A DNA stretch of 64,000 nucleotides from Octopus vulgaris (taxonomy: Eukaryota), in assembly GCA_951406725.2 (NCBI GenBank), contig OX597817.1, positions 92,752,001-92,816,000 on the forward strand. Reading direction: 5' to 3'. Under the pieces are notes generated by a model. It was not told the DNA's origin. It saw only the letters and a list, made by a program, of their open reading frames with translations, and searched no databases. Of this stretch, positions 1 to 13,285 are shown one piece after another. The translations under genes and the position numbers were made by a program. Each line of letters opens with the position of its first letter. The stretch's first letter is position 1.

Positions 1-231
1 TTTTGGAAAAACAAATAGGGACAGATATGCTCACACAAACGCACACCAAGCACACAGCTGCGCAGATTACACTTCTTATGACATTTTCACTACAGTTTAG
101 CGTGGAATAAAGAAATCTCACTTACGGTAAGGGGTATAAAGACATCATTAGCGGCTCTATAGACCAAAAGATCAGCATTTCTGGCTCTTTTTCGGAACCG
201 CTGATGAAGCTGTTAACTAGCATTTACTGCT

Positions 232-1140
232 GTATTACCTCCGCCTTCGCTAAGGCGGAGGTATTGTTTTCAGTCGTGTTGGTTTGTTTCTTTACCCGTG
301 AACAAAGTATCTCAAGAAACGCTGGATGGATTCGAACTATTTTCGATTTTGTGATCGATCCGGTACCGGACAAGGATTCTGGATTATTTGTTATATTTAC
401 TTTACGCTACATGATGTATTACGATCTTACACTGACTTTCAAGTCTGGCTCTTTCCAAAGTTTTATTTTCATTTATCTATTAGCAATTTTACTCGCGTCC
501 CTGTCTAAGTGGAAACATGGATAAAGAAATCAAACTACATAAACAAACGGCAGCAAAACCGTTGAGAAATTAAATAGCACTAACACATTCGGTAACAATA
601 ATAAGTTTAATTTATTCTCGTCAATTTTTAGTTTTACCAGTTTTGAATATATCGCTCCTGTTTAAAACCTCTTACTTGCTTGAAAATTGCATTTCTTGGG
701 CTCACCTTTTTGTGCGCAACGGTGTTGTTAAACCTCCGTTAGCTGCACCGTGTGCAGGTCCTTTCCGTTTTCTATCATGCACAGATAAATTTTTCCCTAT
801 ACACCTTAATGGTCGTAAAGACACTATACCAGTGGATAAACTTTAAAAAAGGCCTTCATAGAGAAAACTGTCCCTGTTACCACCTCAGACGACAAACACG
901 GCTCGCACACCCACCTTCACATTCCATGACAACCACTGGGATCGATTAGGTACCGGACAAGGATTCTGGATTATTTTTCCGGTTTTTCTACTTAATTTTT
1001 GAGAGCAGTTGGGTTCATTGTTAGTATTCTCGTTTTTGAGAGCAGTCGAGTTTATTTCTAAAAATCATCTTCGGCTTATCGTTGGGAGGACGGTGGTATT
1101 GACTTGGCGAATGTTTGCGCTCTCTGAGTGCTCTTGTTAT
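232..1140 (+). mobile_element. Non-autonomous Helentron/HINE-like element
   Basis: Starts TATTACCTCCGCCTTCGCTAAGGCGGAGGTA (hairpin) and ends GGCGAATGTTTGCGCTCTCTGAGTGCTCTTGTT. Internal duplication GGTACCGGACAAGGATTCTGGATTATTT at ~362 and ~949. Confidence 0.55.
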
Positions 1141-1376
1141 ACAAGATTTTTTTCAGTTCACGATTACTTCCCTTTGGTATCCGTTACTAAAGACGGCAAA
1201 AGAACTAGTGATCTACAGAGAGTGCTTTAAAACTTTTACCATAAGTGAGGAATTTTGTTCCACGGTAAACTGTACAAAAATTGCTTTAAGATGTTTCAAG
1301 CATATTTGAAGCAAAATTTATGTATGTATGAATGTTTGTGTTTAGACATACATATATACATACATACATACATACA

Positions 1377-1412
<36 letters not shown>

Positions 1413-1493
1413 TATTCGTACGCGAATGAGAGGATTTGCATCCCCAACCAAGAATTTTTGATGTAATACATGTCCTTGAAGAAGTAGTTGTGC

Positions 1494-1571
1494 GCGGCTG
1501 AAGAAGGCCACAGACGCACATTATGCATTGTTATAAATCCGTCTAATAAAGGCCCGAAACATATGTACCGC
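1494..1571 (+). ncRNA. Type I hammerhead ribozyme with long stem II insertion (Penelope-like 3' end remnant between TA tracts)
   Basis: GCGG-CTGAAGA-AGGCC...GGCCC-GAAAC-ATAT-GTA-CCGC. Stem I is GCGG/CCGC and stem III is the palindrome ACATATGT. Confidence 0.75.
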
Positions 1572-1869
1572 TGAATCCTTGGCATCATGTTTTTATTTTG
1601 ATTAATTTATATATATATATATATATATATATAAATGCGTTTGTCTGTATATGTGTTTGTGTATGCGTATACACAGAAACGCACACACGCACCCATACAC
1701 CTATACACGTATATACCCACATATACATACATATGGACATTCTAATAAGCATATGGCTCAAGGGTACGACAAAGGAACATACAGAAAAACATGCGCAGAA
1801 TGGACGTGGATATGCTCAATTTCTCATCAGACCAAATATCATCACAATTTTGACAACTTTCGATTTGCG

Positions 1870-2400
1870 TCAAAGGGTTAATTTGAACGACCGATATAAT
1901 ATGATCAAGAATAATTTTACTAATTCTACCCAGATCCGACATGGAAGGCAGATTAACTTGATGGAGGTGTTAGTTAGAAAGACTGGTTTGTGGTCTTTCA
2001 AGCCAAATTGTGGGGTGCTTAGTGCATAAGGTTCCAGCTTTTGAGCCGCCCCGAACAAGTCTTTTGGAGAAGTTGACTGCTCATTCTAATAATATTTATG
2101 TATCTCATTAAATATAAATCCATTATAAGCGTCGGTATTCATTCTGTAAATTTACTGGTTCTATCGAAATGGATATCTACTCTCTCATAGTTCCAGATGT
2201 CCGATATCTGCTTAGATAGTCGTCGAAGGATTTCGCTCGTATATTTTCTTAATTTGATATTCATAATTAAGTTGAGCATATCTTTCTCAAACTGGTCGAA
2301 CACTGGTTTGTGTGGAGAGTTGCTGATAATTTTTAGCCCGTAGAAATAGTTAGAATTAAACTTTCATGCTCAGTTATTTGTTTGTTTTCGAAATAGAATG
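1870..2400 (-). pseudogene. Degraded Penelope-like RT N-terminal fragment
   Basis: Frameshifted peptides LKDHKP.FL.N and SDLGRISKIILDHI resemble the region preceding the RT in PLEs. Confidence 0.5.
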
Positions 2401-2429
2401 TTTTCTATTGAATCCTAGAAATAAGGATA

Positions 2430-4440
2430 TTGAAATGTAAATCATGTTTTGTCCACGAGTTTCTCGCTCGCACTAAACAACATAAACTCCACTCACTCCA
2501 TTTTCCCCAGCCGATGCCACTACACCCACGCCTTCCTCATCCTCATCCCCCATACTCATCCCCACCCTTCCATTACTCTAATCCCCAAGCACTTACTTTC
2601 CCTCTCTCTCCTCCCAGCTTTCTACTGCCACGCCACCCCTTCCACATCTAACTCATCCACCCACTCCCGACTTCAGTCTGTTGTTACTATTCCTCCTAAT
2701 CTTCCCCTCTCTGAAACGGAGCGCTCTCTTCTCAGTAAGGATCTGCGCTTCATCTCCCTCACTTTATCCAGTAACGAATTTCAGACCCGTGCTGGTATCC
2801 ATAGCTTTGTGCGTCGCATCAGGCTATATGCACTATTCCACAACACTTCACCTGCATCTAATGAAGAGGACTGCTTCACTGACCTGGGCCACCGACCATC
2901 CTACTGGACGCCAGCTCCTTGCCAGTTCCAAGCAGTTGAACATTTTGCTTGCATCTGCCAACGTGTGTGGACCGGTTTAACTTTCGCAGCAATCCCCAAC
3001 ATTTTAACATCTCCCCGGACGAACTCTCGACATTCCGATGTCTTCGAAGCCGCAAAGACATCATCACAAAGGCGACCGACAAGGGTGGAGCCGTGGTGGT
3101 GTAGCGCGCAGACCTCTACAAGGCTGAAGCTCTACGCCAACTTCAAGGCACCTCATTTTATTGCCCTCTGCCCTCCAACCCCAAGCCTAACTTCCAAGAG
3201 ACTGTGTCCACCACTATCTATGACCTCACTTCCTCCTCACATCTCCCTTTCACCACCTCCAACCTTATTATCTACACTCCACGCACCCCACCATTTACTT
3301 CCTTTCCCCAAATCCACAAGCCCAACAACCCTGGCTGCCCCATCGCCTCCGCCTCTAACTGCTCCACGGAATTTATTTCTAAATACTTCGATCGTGTCCT
3401 TGCCTCCTAGTGGCTTCCCTCCCCTCCCACATCCATTACACTAAACATGTGTTCCGTCTCTTTAACTCTTTCTCCTTCCCTTCTGGCCCTTCTAAACTTC
3501 TCTTCATTATTGATATCAAGGGTTTATATACGGTGATCCCATACAACGAAGGACTTCTTGCACTTAAACACTTTCTGGACCTTCGACCCAACCCCGAACC
3601 TTCGTCTGGCCGAACTTGTTCTCCCCCTCAACTGCTTCTCGTTCGCGGGTGATTTTTACCAACAGATCTCTCGGAAGTGGCTATAGCAACGAGAATGGGC
3701 CCCAACTACATGAACTTGTTCATTGGCTACGTTTCACTGGTCCCACTCACGAACTATACGGTCGCTATATCGATGACTCTGTCGGTGCGACCTCACTCTC
3801 CCGCGAAAAACTAGACTCCTTCGTCTCTTTTGTCTAATCCTTCCAGCCTGCCATCGAATTCTCCTCAATTATTTCCAACACTTTCGTCGAATTTCTCGAC
3901 ATTTCGGTTAGAATATACCACTCCTCTCTCACTGTCTCCATCCACTACAAACACACTGACTCATGTTCATACCTCAACTTTTCCTCCTTCCACCCTACTC
4001 ACATCAAGCTCTCCATTCCCTACTCTCAATTCCTCCGTCTGTGCAGGCTCTGCAGTAACAACCATGACTTTGAGACTCAGTCTCAACACATGGCTCAACA
4101 ATTCGTCCTTCGTGAATATCTCTTCACCACTATCCACATAGCCCTTGCCAAGGCATGCTCCGTGGACCTTACCTCTGCTCTCTCCCCCACACCTGCCCCG
4201 CCGTTGCTCATCTCCCGTTTCCACACACCCCTCTAACGCATCATTTTCCGAGACTTCCGGTGACTCCTATCCGTCCCCTCCACTTCGCACATCTTCCCAA
4301 CCTACCCCTTCCCTCCTTCAAAGAGCCCACAACAGCGTGACCTCCTGGTCCACAGTTTCTTCCCTAATCCCACCTCCCAGCCTGGATCATAGCCCTGCTC
4401 TTGCCCACGCTACCGTGCTTGCCCCTACATCTCCAAAACC
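2430..4440 (+). mobile_element. Degraded Penelope-like (Neptune-type) retroelement, same family as 48351-52030
   Basis: Frameshifted RT motifs KATDKGGAVVV, PQIHKPNNPGCPI, DIKGLYTVIP, YGRYIDD, IPYSQFLR. Clear nucleotide similarity to the minus-strand copy. Confidence 0.85.
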
Positions 4441-4837
4441 AATATTTTCTTTTCTTTATTTTATGAATATCCTTATATATATATATATTTACATACCCAC
4501 ACCTATTTTGAATATCTTTCTATATACCTTTATATACTCACATGTAAAGCCTTATTCTTTATATTTTTCTAATTTACCTTATTTCACACACTTTCTAATT
4601 TATCATGTGCACAGGACTTGCCCTTTATGGCCATCCACTATATTTTTCTATTATTCCATTTCCTATCCACCGTAATTTAAAGATTTAAAAACGCTACGTC
4701 AAACATATACACGTATATTCAAACAAACATGTATCCTTATCATGTTTTTCCCTTCTGTCTCTATTTTCCAATTTTCTCCTCTTCCTCTCTCAGTTGAAAT
4801 TTTTCTCGCTCTTTTTCTCTCACACCAACTTCCTTCA

Positions 4838-5467
4838 TCTATATATATAAAAGTGAAGTTGTGTGAGTGTCTGTCTCCTACGATTTAGATTCCTAACTAC
4901 TCGTAAAGCGTTGTCAAGGAGACCAGCGTTCTTTTAGAACAACGACTTCATGGCTTGAAGTCGCCAAAACAGAAATCGCTAAAAAAGCTGAAACAGATCC
5001 ACAAAAACGGCAAAAACCGCCACATAGGGCAGGTTTCCTGTGCAAACAATTTGCACAACCGAATGTTTTAGTTGTTTATATATAAAAGTGAAGTTGTGTG
5101 TCTGTCTCCTACGATTTAGATTCCTAACTACTCCCACATTTTGCGGTGCAGTTTAACCAAAACCGGGTATCTTATAGTCGTGATTCATATCGAGCCCTTC
5201 TGACTATTAGCGCGCGTCTACGATGAGTCTACGATTTTAAAAATAATTTACCATCATTTTTTTCCCATTTTAATGCATTTTTTTGCTATTATATAAGGGA
5301 AGTAACTCTCTAAAAATGTCTACGATGAGTCAACGATTTAAAAAATTTACTATAATTTTTTTTCCATTTTTAATGCATTTTTTTGCTATTTTTTGGCTAT
5401 AATTCTCTAAAAATGCTTTATAGTTATTTCCCTTACAAACCCGAGCAACACCGGGCGATACTGCTAG
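4838..5467 (+). mobile_element. Non-autonomous Helitron with duplicated 5' end
   Basis: A|TC start, 3' hairpin CCCGAGCAACACCGGG followed by CTAG|T. The 5' ~60 bp is repeated at ~5077. Confidence 0.75.
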
Positions 5468-6199
5468 TTTTTATATATACATATTATATATTTATTTATC
5501 GTACCCTTTATTATTGTTATTTTCTGTTTGGAACATATTCGCCCTTAATTTTTACTATCCCATTAATTTTTAAAATCGTTTATTCAACTCATTTCAATTT
5601 TCCATTATTTTAAAATATGTTGGGACCTTGCATCGCCTTGCCTGAAATTTGAAACCAAATCCACCAGCTTGTTGTTTGTCAAAACGAGCTACTGTCCTTT
5701 CAACTACCTGTCGGGCAAACGAATATATATATATGTAAATAATATTTCTTCTTGATGTTGATTCTTCAATGTTCAGTGGGGACTCCGACGCGAAGGCCTT
5801 TAAGCGTTACATCTATACGCTACATTCGGTAGTGGGCTACATCATATCGACATGATATGGCATCTCACATTCAGCTCACTACAAATACTTCAAGTTATCT
5901 TCTTATTCCGAATACTTACGACTGTCTGACAAACGGTTACATTGAACAACTTGGTAAAAATTTTTGCAGCCTCAATATAAGATTTTATTCTTCTTTTGGT
6001 CTTAAAGTATTATTTTCTCAACCTTGTTTTTGCACTTACCTGCTCACACGTGTAGTGTGTGTGTATAAATACATAGACATACATTCGTACATACATACAT
6101 ACATACATACATACATACATACATACATACACACATACATACATACATACATACATACATACATACATACATACATACATACATACATACATAACCTTA

Positions 6200-7372
6200 A
6201 ATACCTACCCAAAGAAATCTCTCGACTCTACCGCATTGTATTAACAGATAAAAGGATGAGCATATATGAGCAGAAGACTATGCATGGATACGTTAGTAGA
6301 AAGCTCCTAGATGATAGTAACATTGATCATCATCCAAACAGTCTAACATGAACCAACAACCGGATTACTACTTCCCGCTTTGAAGGGTATGCGTTTGCAA
6401 TCCAAGAACAGGAAATATCAACGAAATACCTGATGCATAAAAGGGACAGAGAAGCAGGAAAAGCATTAAAATTAAAATGCGACAATCGATGCAGACTTTG
6501 TGGAGTTAACACCGAAGATATCAGCCACAAAATAAGCAGGTGTCCGGAAATGTCATCACGGTGTTATCTACCGATGAGACATGATGTTGTAGCTAGGACG
6601 CCCTATAACGTATCCGTCGAAAGGATGAGCCTGGAGTCAAAGAAGCAAGAACCTACAGTATGGTGGAAGCCATAGCCACTCATAAGGCGTACTGTTGGAA
6701 TGTCCCAGTGAAAATCTCAATTTAATGTGAACACAATGGACTTGATATACTAATTTGGAATAGAGAAGTGAAACTGTGTACAGTTGTAGAAACCAGCTGC
6801 CCAGGGGATGTTAGCAAAAAGCTGAATATCAGTGAGAAAGAGAATTCCTACGCTGAACTATTGAGAAATATGCAGTTACTCTATCCAGATTACAAGTTCA
6901 TATTTATACCTGTAATTATTGGGGTACTGGGATATGTAAGACATTTCCCAAATAACAATCTTGAGAAATTAGGCTTCACAAAACCAGGAAGGAGATAGCT
7001 GATTCGAAGATTACAGATCCAATCCATTAGGAATTTAAAAATCTGTAAAACTTTCCAGAAGTTTATCATTTAAATATATATGAGTATGTCTACATATGCA
7101 AGTATATGCAAGTATATGACATACATGAAACAAAATATACAAATCTGTACGTATACATTTATACATACATACATACATATATACATACATACATGCATGC
7201 ATACATACATACATACATACATACATACATACATACATACATACATACATACATACATACATACATACATACATACAAACAAAATATCCTGTTGTTGATG
7301 TTGAAATTGGCTATAGTTTAGAAGCCGAATCTTCCTCTATTGGCAAGACATCTTGAAATAAAACTGAATAAT
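6200..7372 (+). mobile_element. 5'-truncated RLE-type non-LTR retrotransposon (R4/Dong-like) in (TACA)n
   Basis: CCHC knuckle CRLCGVNTEDISHKISRC, then RHDVVAR and a restriction-like endonuclease tail (VVETSCP...EK...Y..L...PVIIGVLG). Flanked by (TACA)n. Confidence 0.75.
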
Positions 7373-7400
7373 GACACACATACAAATATACATACATACA

Positions 7401-7431
<31 letters not shown>

Positions 7432-7814
7432 TTGTGTATACATGTATATACATATATGTAAAAGGGCAGATAGAAACGATTAAAAAGCATGCATTAGAGA
7501 TATTGAGAGAGGAGAGAAAAGGTCAAGTGTGGAAGTAGGGGATAAAGCAATTATGTACAACTTGTCGGGCACAACGAAAAGAGAAACAAAGCAGAAGCAG
7601 TCTCACAATAAAAAAAAGAAACTTGTCAAAAGATACAGGCGAAATACGATTTGAAATGTATTAGAGGACGCCCAAAGAATTCAAACAATTCAAACAAAGG
7701 GCGATAATTTAAAGTGTAAATAATAATATCAAACTTAGAGGATCTTCGGCAAAAACTATATAAACACATATCTATCTATTATTTAGCTCTCTCCATCTCT
7801 CTCTCTCTTTCTAT

Positions 7815-7870
<56 letters not shown>

Positions 7871-8299
7871 ACATACACACACACACACACATATATACAT
7901 ATATATATATATTAGCTATAGAGGTAATATTTACTCCCACTTATACGCGGAAGTTCTGTTAGAACAGACTTTACTATGGTAGAAACCATAAGAGAAACTC
8001 TTCTATAGGTTTTATATTGCTAGCTTGGAGTTGAACCCCCACGAATTGCAACGCCAAGACTGCCGGATCACATGATTTTGGCCTTCCTTTGTCTCGTCGG
8101 TGATGGACGCTCGACCGCTAGGGATAGCGTCGACTCACCTCTCCGCCAGCAATATATTGAAAATTAGTGTTTAGCCATATTCAGATGGCAAATATACCTC
8201 ACATTGTTGTACAGTTACTGTTTATACCTCGTTCAGAGATTTATTATTGCTTGTATACACTTTTTCAAGATCAGTGATGAAAAGTTACTGGAAAAAGGG

Positions 8300-8307
8300 T
8301 ATAAATA
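8300..8307 (+). promoter_or_regulatory. TATA box 28 nt upstream of the Tx1 target site
   Basis: TATAAATA followed by an Inr-like TCATC at 8326-8330. Confidence 0.5.
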
Positions 8308-8341
8308 ATTGCATTGGGACTCCTTTCATCGAAAACCGGTG

Positions 8342-11300
8342 TTTTGACTCGTCTAGGGACCCCTCTTTCATCTGCGTATTGAGAAGTTAGCTGCCTATTT
8401 TGTTGAGTGAGTTCGTTTTTTGTTCGTCGTTGTTTGTGTTTGCTCGTGAATTGAACAGTTGTCCGTTGTGTGACAGTAACAAAGAGAAAAAAATAATGGA
8501 CGTGAAGAACGAAATAGTAGAGAAGTGCTTGTCCCCGGTGTGGAGCAAAATTCGCTACGTCGGTCGAGGTGCCCGCAGCGCTACCGTTGAAGTACATTTC
8601 GACTCGGCTGATGTGGCAAGAGTGATTTCATCGATGACCTTAAAAAGTGAGGACATCATGTTACTACCTACCTATATGGGCAAAAGAACTGCGAAACTAT
8701 ATGTGGAAGACATACCAAGAGGATATGATATAATGTGAGTAGCAGCGGCGGTTCTGCACGACGTAGAGCAGAAAGTCTCAATTCTGCAGATAAAAAGGAA
8801 AGAGAAGGTAAACTGGAAGGGACAAGCGCTCGAACTCCTCGTTCAAGCAGAAAATAATGTGCTAGAAAACTTACCCGATAGGGTATTTATTGAGGAGGGA
8901 ATTACAATGAGAGTGTCAGTGGAGGGGCGCAGACCTAGGTGTTTCAAATGTGGTGAAAAAGGTCACGTCCACTCGAACTGCATAAAAAAAAAGAAAAACA
9001 GCGAAGCCCCTCCTCAAAGTGCTTCAAACACAGAAAAAGAAAAGGCGGAAAAAGACCCCAAGACTGCGACAAGGAAGGGAATCGAAACGGTAGATAAAAA
9101 TGAACAAATGGAATTTACACAGGTGACACGCAAAAGAAAAAAAGAAAATACCCTGGACTCTCCTCCCCAAACAAAGAAAAAATCAGCAAACACCGCAGAG
9201 ATACATACAAAACAAATTCTTCAGCCCTACCCCCACGGCACTGTATTCATTGGAACACAGTTCGCCAAGCCCCTCCCCATAAAACAAGATTGGAAAAAAT
9301 TGATTTAAAAAAATGAAAAGAGTGTAGCATTCGACGAGAGGAACGATAGAGTGTTTAAGTATTTAAAATTTTCAAAACTGAAATTATTCAGTAAGTCTGC
9401 AGACTTACTCGTTTTGCAAAAATAAAGGAAGACGAGTGGAAGGAAAAAACACTCCAAGAACATTTTAAAAATAACCTTAACGAAATACTGGAGGGCAAAC
9501 TTACTATAACCCCGGCAACCACACCTACCCAGAGCCCGATGGCAACGCCGGTTAAGAGCCCTGCAGCTACGACCACAAGGGAGGAAGAAGGGGAAGCATG
9601 CAGATTTAAACTGTCATGCTCCCTGTCCCAACCGTAAGTTTTTTTTTTCTCTCTCTCCGACAATGGCAAAGCTGGGTTGTGTGAATGTGCGTAGAATGGG
9701 GTCGAAATGGAAACAAATTTGTCTCCTGAACGACCTCACGACACACGGAGTGGACGTAGCTATTGTAACCGAGTCCAAGATGAACGGGACCCAAGCGTTC
9801 ATCTAAATGGTTTCGAGAAATTTATTTCTCCTAGCCGAGGAGGAGGAAGGGGCGTGGCAGTCCTTATCAGGAAGAGCTTGGATTGCAGGTAAGTACTGTC
9901 TTTCTGGACCCAGAAGGCAGGCTGGTCGTTCTGGATGTGACCCACGTAAGTAAACAGTCCTTCAGGTTGGTAGCTGTCTACGCTCCAAATGAGTGTAGGC
10001 AGTCGGGTTTTTCTCAGAATCTGGAGCACTTTTTAATGACGTCGAAAACGGTAGTCTTAGTAGGGGACTTTAACATTGTCCTCGAAGCGCGCGTCGACAG
10101 TGTTGGCTCAACCAATAGGAAGGGGAACCCTAGCCTCAAGGGTCTACTAGAGAGCTTTAATCTAGTAGACCGTTATCGACTGGATGAGCCGAGCGTTCCA
10201 CAGTGGACGTGGAGTAACAACTACGGCTCACGCAGATCGTATATAGATAGGATATTCGTTAGGAAAAGAGATAAGGATACGTTTAGTTGTCCACAGTTTC
10301 ACATTGTGCCTTACACGGATCACAAATTTGTGACTTGTAGGGTGCAATTAGATAAATGCCATAGACAGGGACCCGGGTACTGGAAGCTGAACAAGTCTAT
10401 TTTGAATTGTGAAGACTTCCGTACCCGGATTAAGGTGTTAGTACAGAGGGCATTATGTGGCACCATCATTAACAATAGATGGTGGCACTCCCTCAAAAGA
10501 GCCATTCGTTCAGAGTCCATCAGATTTAGCAATCAGCTAAGGTTAGATAGGTCTAGGATAGAGGACGATTTAGTTAAGAATCTAAACGAGGCAATGGAAT
10601 CTGGCTCTGCATCCGGAGTGATGGCTGCAAGGACGGTATTGTACCGTCACCTTAACTCCAAACACGAAGGTTGCAGAGTTAGATCTAAGCTACGCGCAGG
10701 GAAACGAGAAGGTATTAACGTTGCCAGATGGGCCTGTCGAGTGGAGAGTCAGAGAGGTAACAAAGCTTCAATCAAGTCTTTAACTGACGAACAGGGACAC
10801 AAGATCTATGGACAGGAGGAGATGCAAAAGTTTCTTCACCAGCATTTCGCCCGCATGTTCGGGTGGAGGGTCGCTGGAGCGGGGGAGGGCCTTAAAGGAC
10901 TTCCTAGCCGGCGGACCGCGGCTCTCAGGGCGTGAGGTGGAGTGCTGTGAAGGAGCGATCACTCCCGCGGAGATAGATGGGTTACTGGCCGGATGCGCCG
11001 GGGAGAAGTCGCCGGGGTTGGATAGTCTGACCTACGAGTTTTATCAAAGTATGCCGGACTTGTTCGGGGGAATACTGGCAGGCGTCTACGCGAACTGGCA
11101 GCAGAACGGGAGAATTCCCACTTCTGTAAGCCGGGGAGTGGTGACGCTAATCCAGAAAGACCCGAGCAAGGGGGATAACATTAGTAATTACAGGCCCATA
11201 ACTCTACTTAATGTAGAGTTAAAGATTTTGGCCAAGGTGTTGGCAAAAAGGTTGACGACTGTCGTGGAGAAACTTGCAGGGAAAGCACAGACATGTGCAA

Positions 11301-13271
11301 TTCCAGGCAGGTCGATCCAGGACAATCTTCACCTTATACGCTACACCTTAGATAGGGTGGGTAAATTAACCGGCATTTAGACCAAAGTAAAGCGTTCGAT
11401 TGGGTAGACCATAAGTACCTGTCGACGGGCCTCGAAGCGGCTGGACTGGGCCCTGAATTTCGCGGGTGGATCTCCGCTATGTATAGCGGCATCACGTCCA
11501 CCGTCCAGATAAACGGTTACCTAACGGAACCGTTTACGATTGAATGTTCAGTTCGTCAAGGGTGCCCCTTGTCACCACTTTTGTACGTGTTGGCTCTCGA
11601 GCCAATGCTGCGAAAGATGGAGAGGCTGGGAAGTAACCCGGATGAGATCGGAGGCGGGAGGACGGTTTCTGCTTATGCGGATGACGTCACCCTCATCGTG
11701 TCCAATGAGGCTCAGCTACCTTGTGTAGAAGATGCTATCAGAGGATACGAGGCGGTGGCAGGAGCAAAAGATAACAAGGACAAGTCGATTGGCTTACGCC
11801 TCGGCACCTGGATGAGCAAGTCGATATCGTCCAGTGCCGTGGGACACTGGACAGATTGTCCTGTTAAGTTGCTATGAGTTTGGTTGGGGCCGGACTCCCA
11901 AACGGAGAGGAATTGGAGTGAGGTGACGGACAAGGTGGAGGCCATAGTACGGACCTGGTCCGGAAAGTTTCTGTCCTTGAAAGGAAGGACGGAGGTGGTA
12001 CAGATGTTCATTGCATCTGTAATCACTTACCGCCTGACCGTTGTCCCTTGCCCGATTCATGGCTTAGCAAATTGGAGTGAATCCTTTTCCGCTTTTTGTG
12101 GAAGGGAGGAAAGCCACTTGTAAGGCGCTCCGTTTGCTGCCAGGAACCGTTAAAGGGTGGGTTAGGAATGCCTTGGTTGATGATGCGCAGACATGCGCTG
12201 AGGCTGAAGCATCTCTGGCACCACCTGGAGGGTGTTAAGGTGTGGAGTCCGCTGGCAGGGGAATTTTTCCCGAGACCGGCTTCCTTAGTGAATTTTAAAC
12301 CCTGTTGCATCAAAAGACGGTATCTGACTTTATGGCAAAAGGAGTGCAAACAGGCACTCACGCTGATCCACAAGGCGGGCAAGGCCGGCTGCGGAAATAC
12401 CACCTCGGTATTTTATAGCAGGCTGGTAGAGGCAAAGAACGACGTCGTCCTTGGAGGGGCTATTGGGTTTGACGAGGACCAGCTTACCAACCTGTTTAAA
12501 AAGACTTTCAGGACGGGGTATTTGGATAATTACCAAAGATCCCTGGCCTGGCAGTGTTATAGGAATGCTTTACCTGTTCGCGAGAAGTTATCGCGGCACG
12601 GAATTTCAGTGTCACCGACGTGTCCAAGATGCGGGTTGGAAGATGAAACCGTCCAGCACGCTTTTGTACACTGTCGGCAGTTGTCAGACTTGATAAGTTA
12701 CGCAGAACACGTGTTATCGCATCTGGGACGAGTACAGCTGTCGGCTGAGTCTATGATTAAGATGATACCGCCAATTGGACTCTCGAAGGAAGGTGAGGCA
12801 TGTTTTCACTGCACGGTTGCAGTAGTAAAAGAATGCATGTGGCGTACAAGAATGGAAGGAGTCGCAATAGGATCCTTTGTCTCAGGCCCCGGCTTGCTCA
12901 CTTACTTCAGATATCATCTGAAGAGCAAAATAGGGCTGGAAAAGAAGACCTTACCACGAGGTGTGTATGAAAAAAGATGGAAGGAAGTGACGAAAAAGGT
13001 GGGTGTCAGAAACCCAGTTTAACTATGGATGGAGAAGAGGAAAGGAAAGCTGCGGGGCCTTATAGGTTGCCGGGGTTTAAAATATATCGGTAAGATTTCA
13101 ATCTAATGTAATGTTATATTAGTCAATGCAAAGGACAATTTAAATACAGTTTTTTGTATAATGAATAATCCATATATTGTGGAAATTTTAAAACGAACCA
13201 CTTAACTGTTTTGTATGTATGTCCTGTATTGTTCTTCTATGTACTGATTTTATAATCGTAATAAAGAATTA
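8342..13271 (+). mobile_element. Tx1-clade LINE A (near full-length, disrupted ORF1 and APE-RT ORF2)
   Basis: ORF1 has an RRM-like region and CCHC (CFKCGEKGHVHSNC). ORF2 runs ~9663-13022 with APE (GDFN, IDR, TDH), RT (QGCPLSP, YADD) and a C-terminal CPRC..ETVQH knuckle. TSD ATCGAAAAC(C/T)GGTG at 8328-8341 and 13272-13285. Confidence 0.93.
9663..13022 (+). pseudogene. ORF2 of Tx1 LINE A (APE endonuclease, RT, Zn knuckle), several frameshifts and stops
   Basis: ORF fragments 9883-10935, 10808-11380, 11479-11877 and 12096-13022. Confidence 0.9.
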
Positions 13272-13285
13272 ATCGAAAACTGGTG

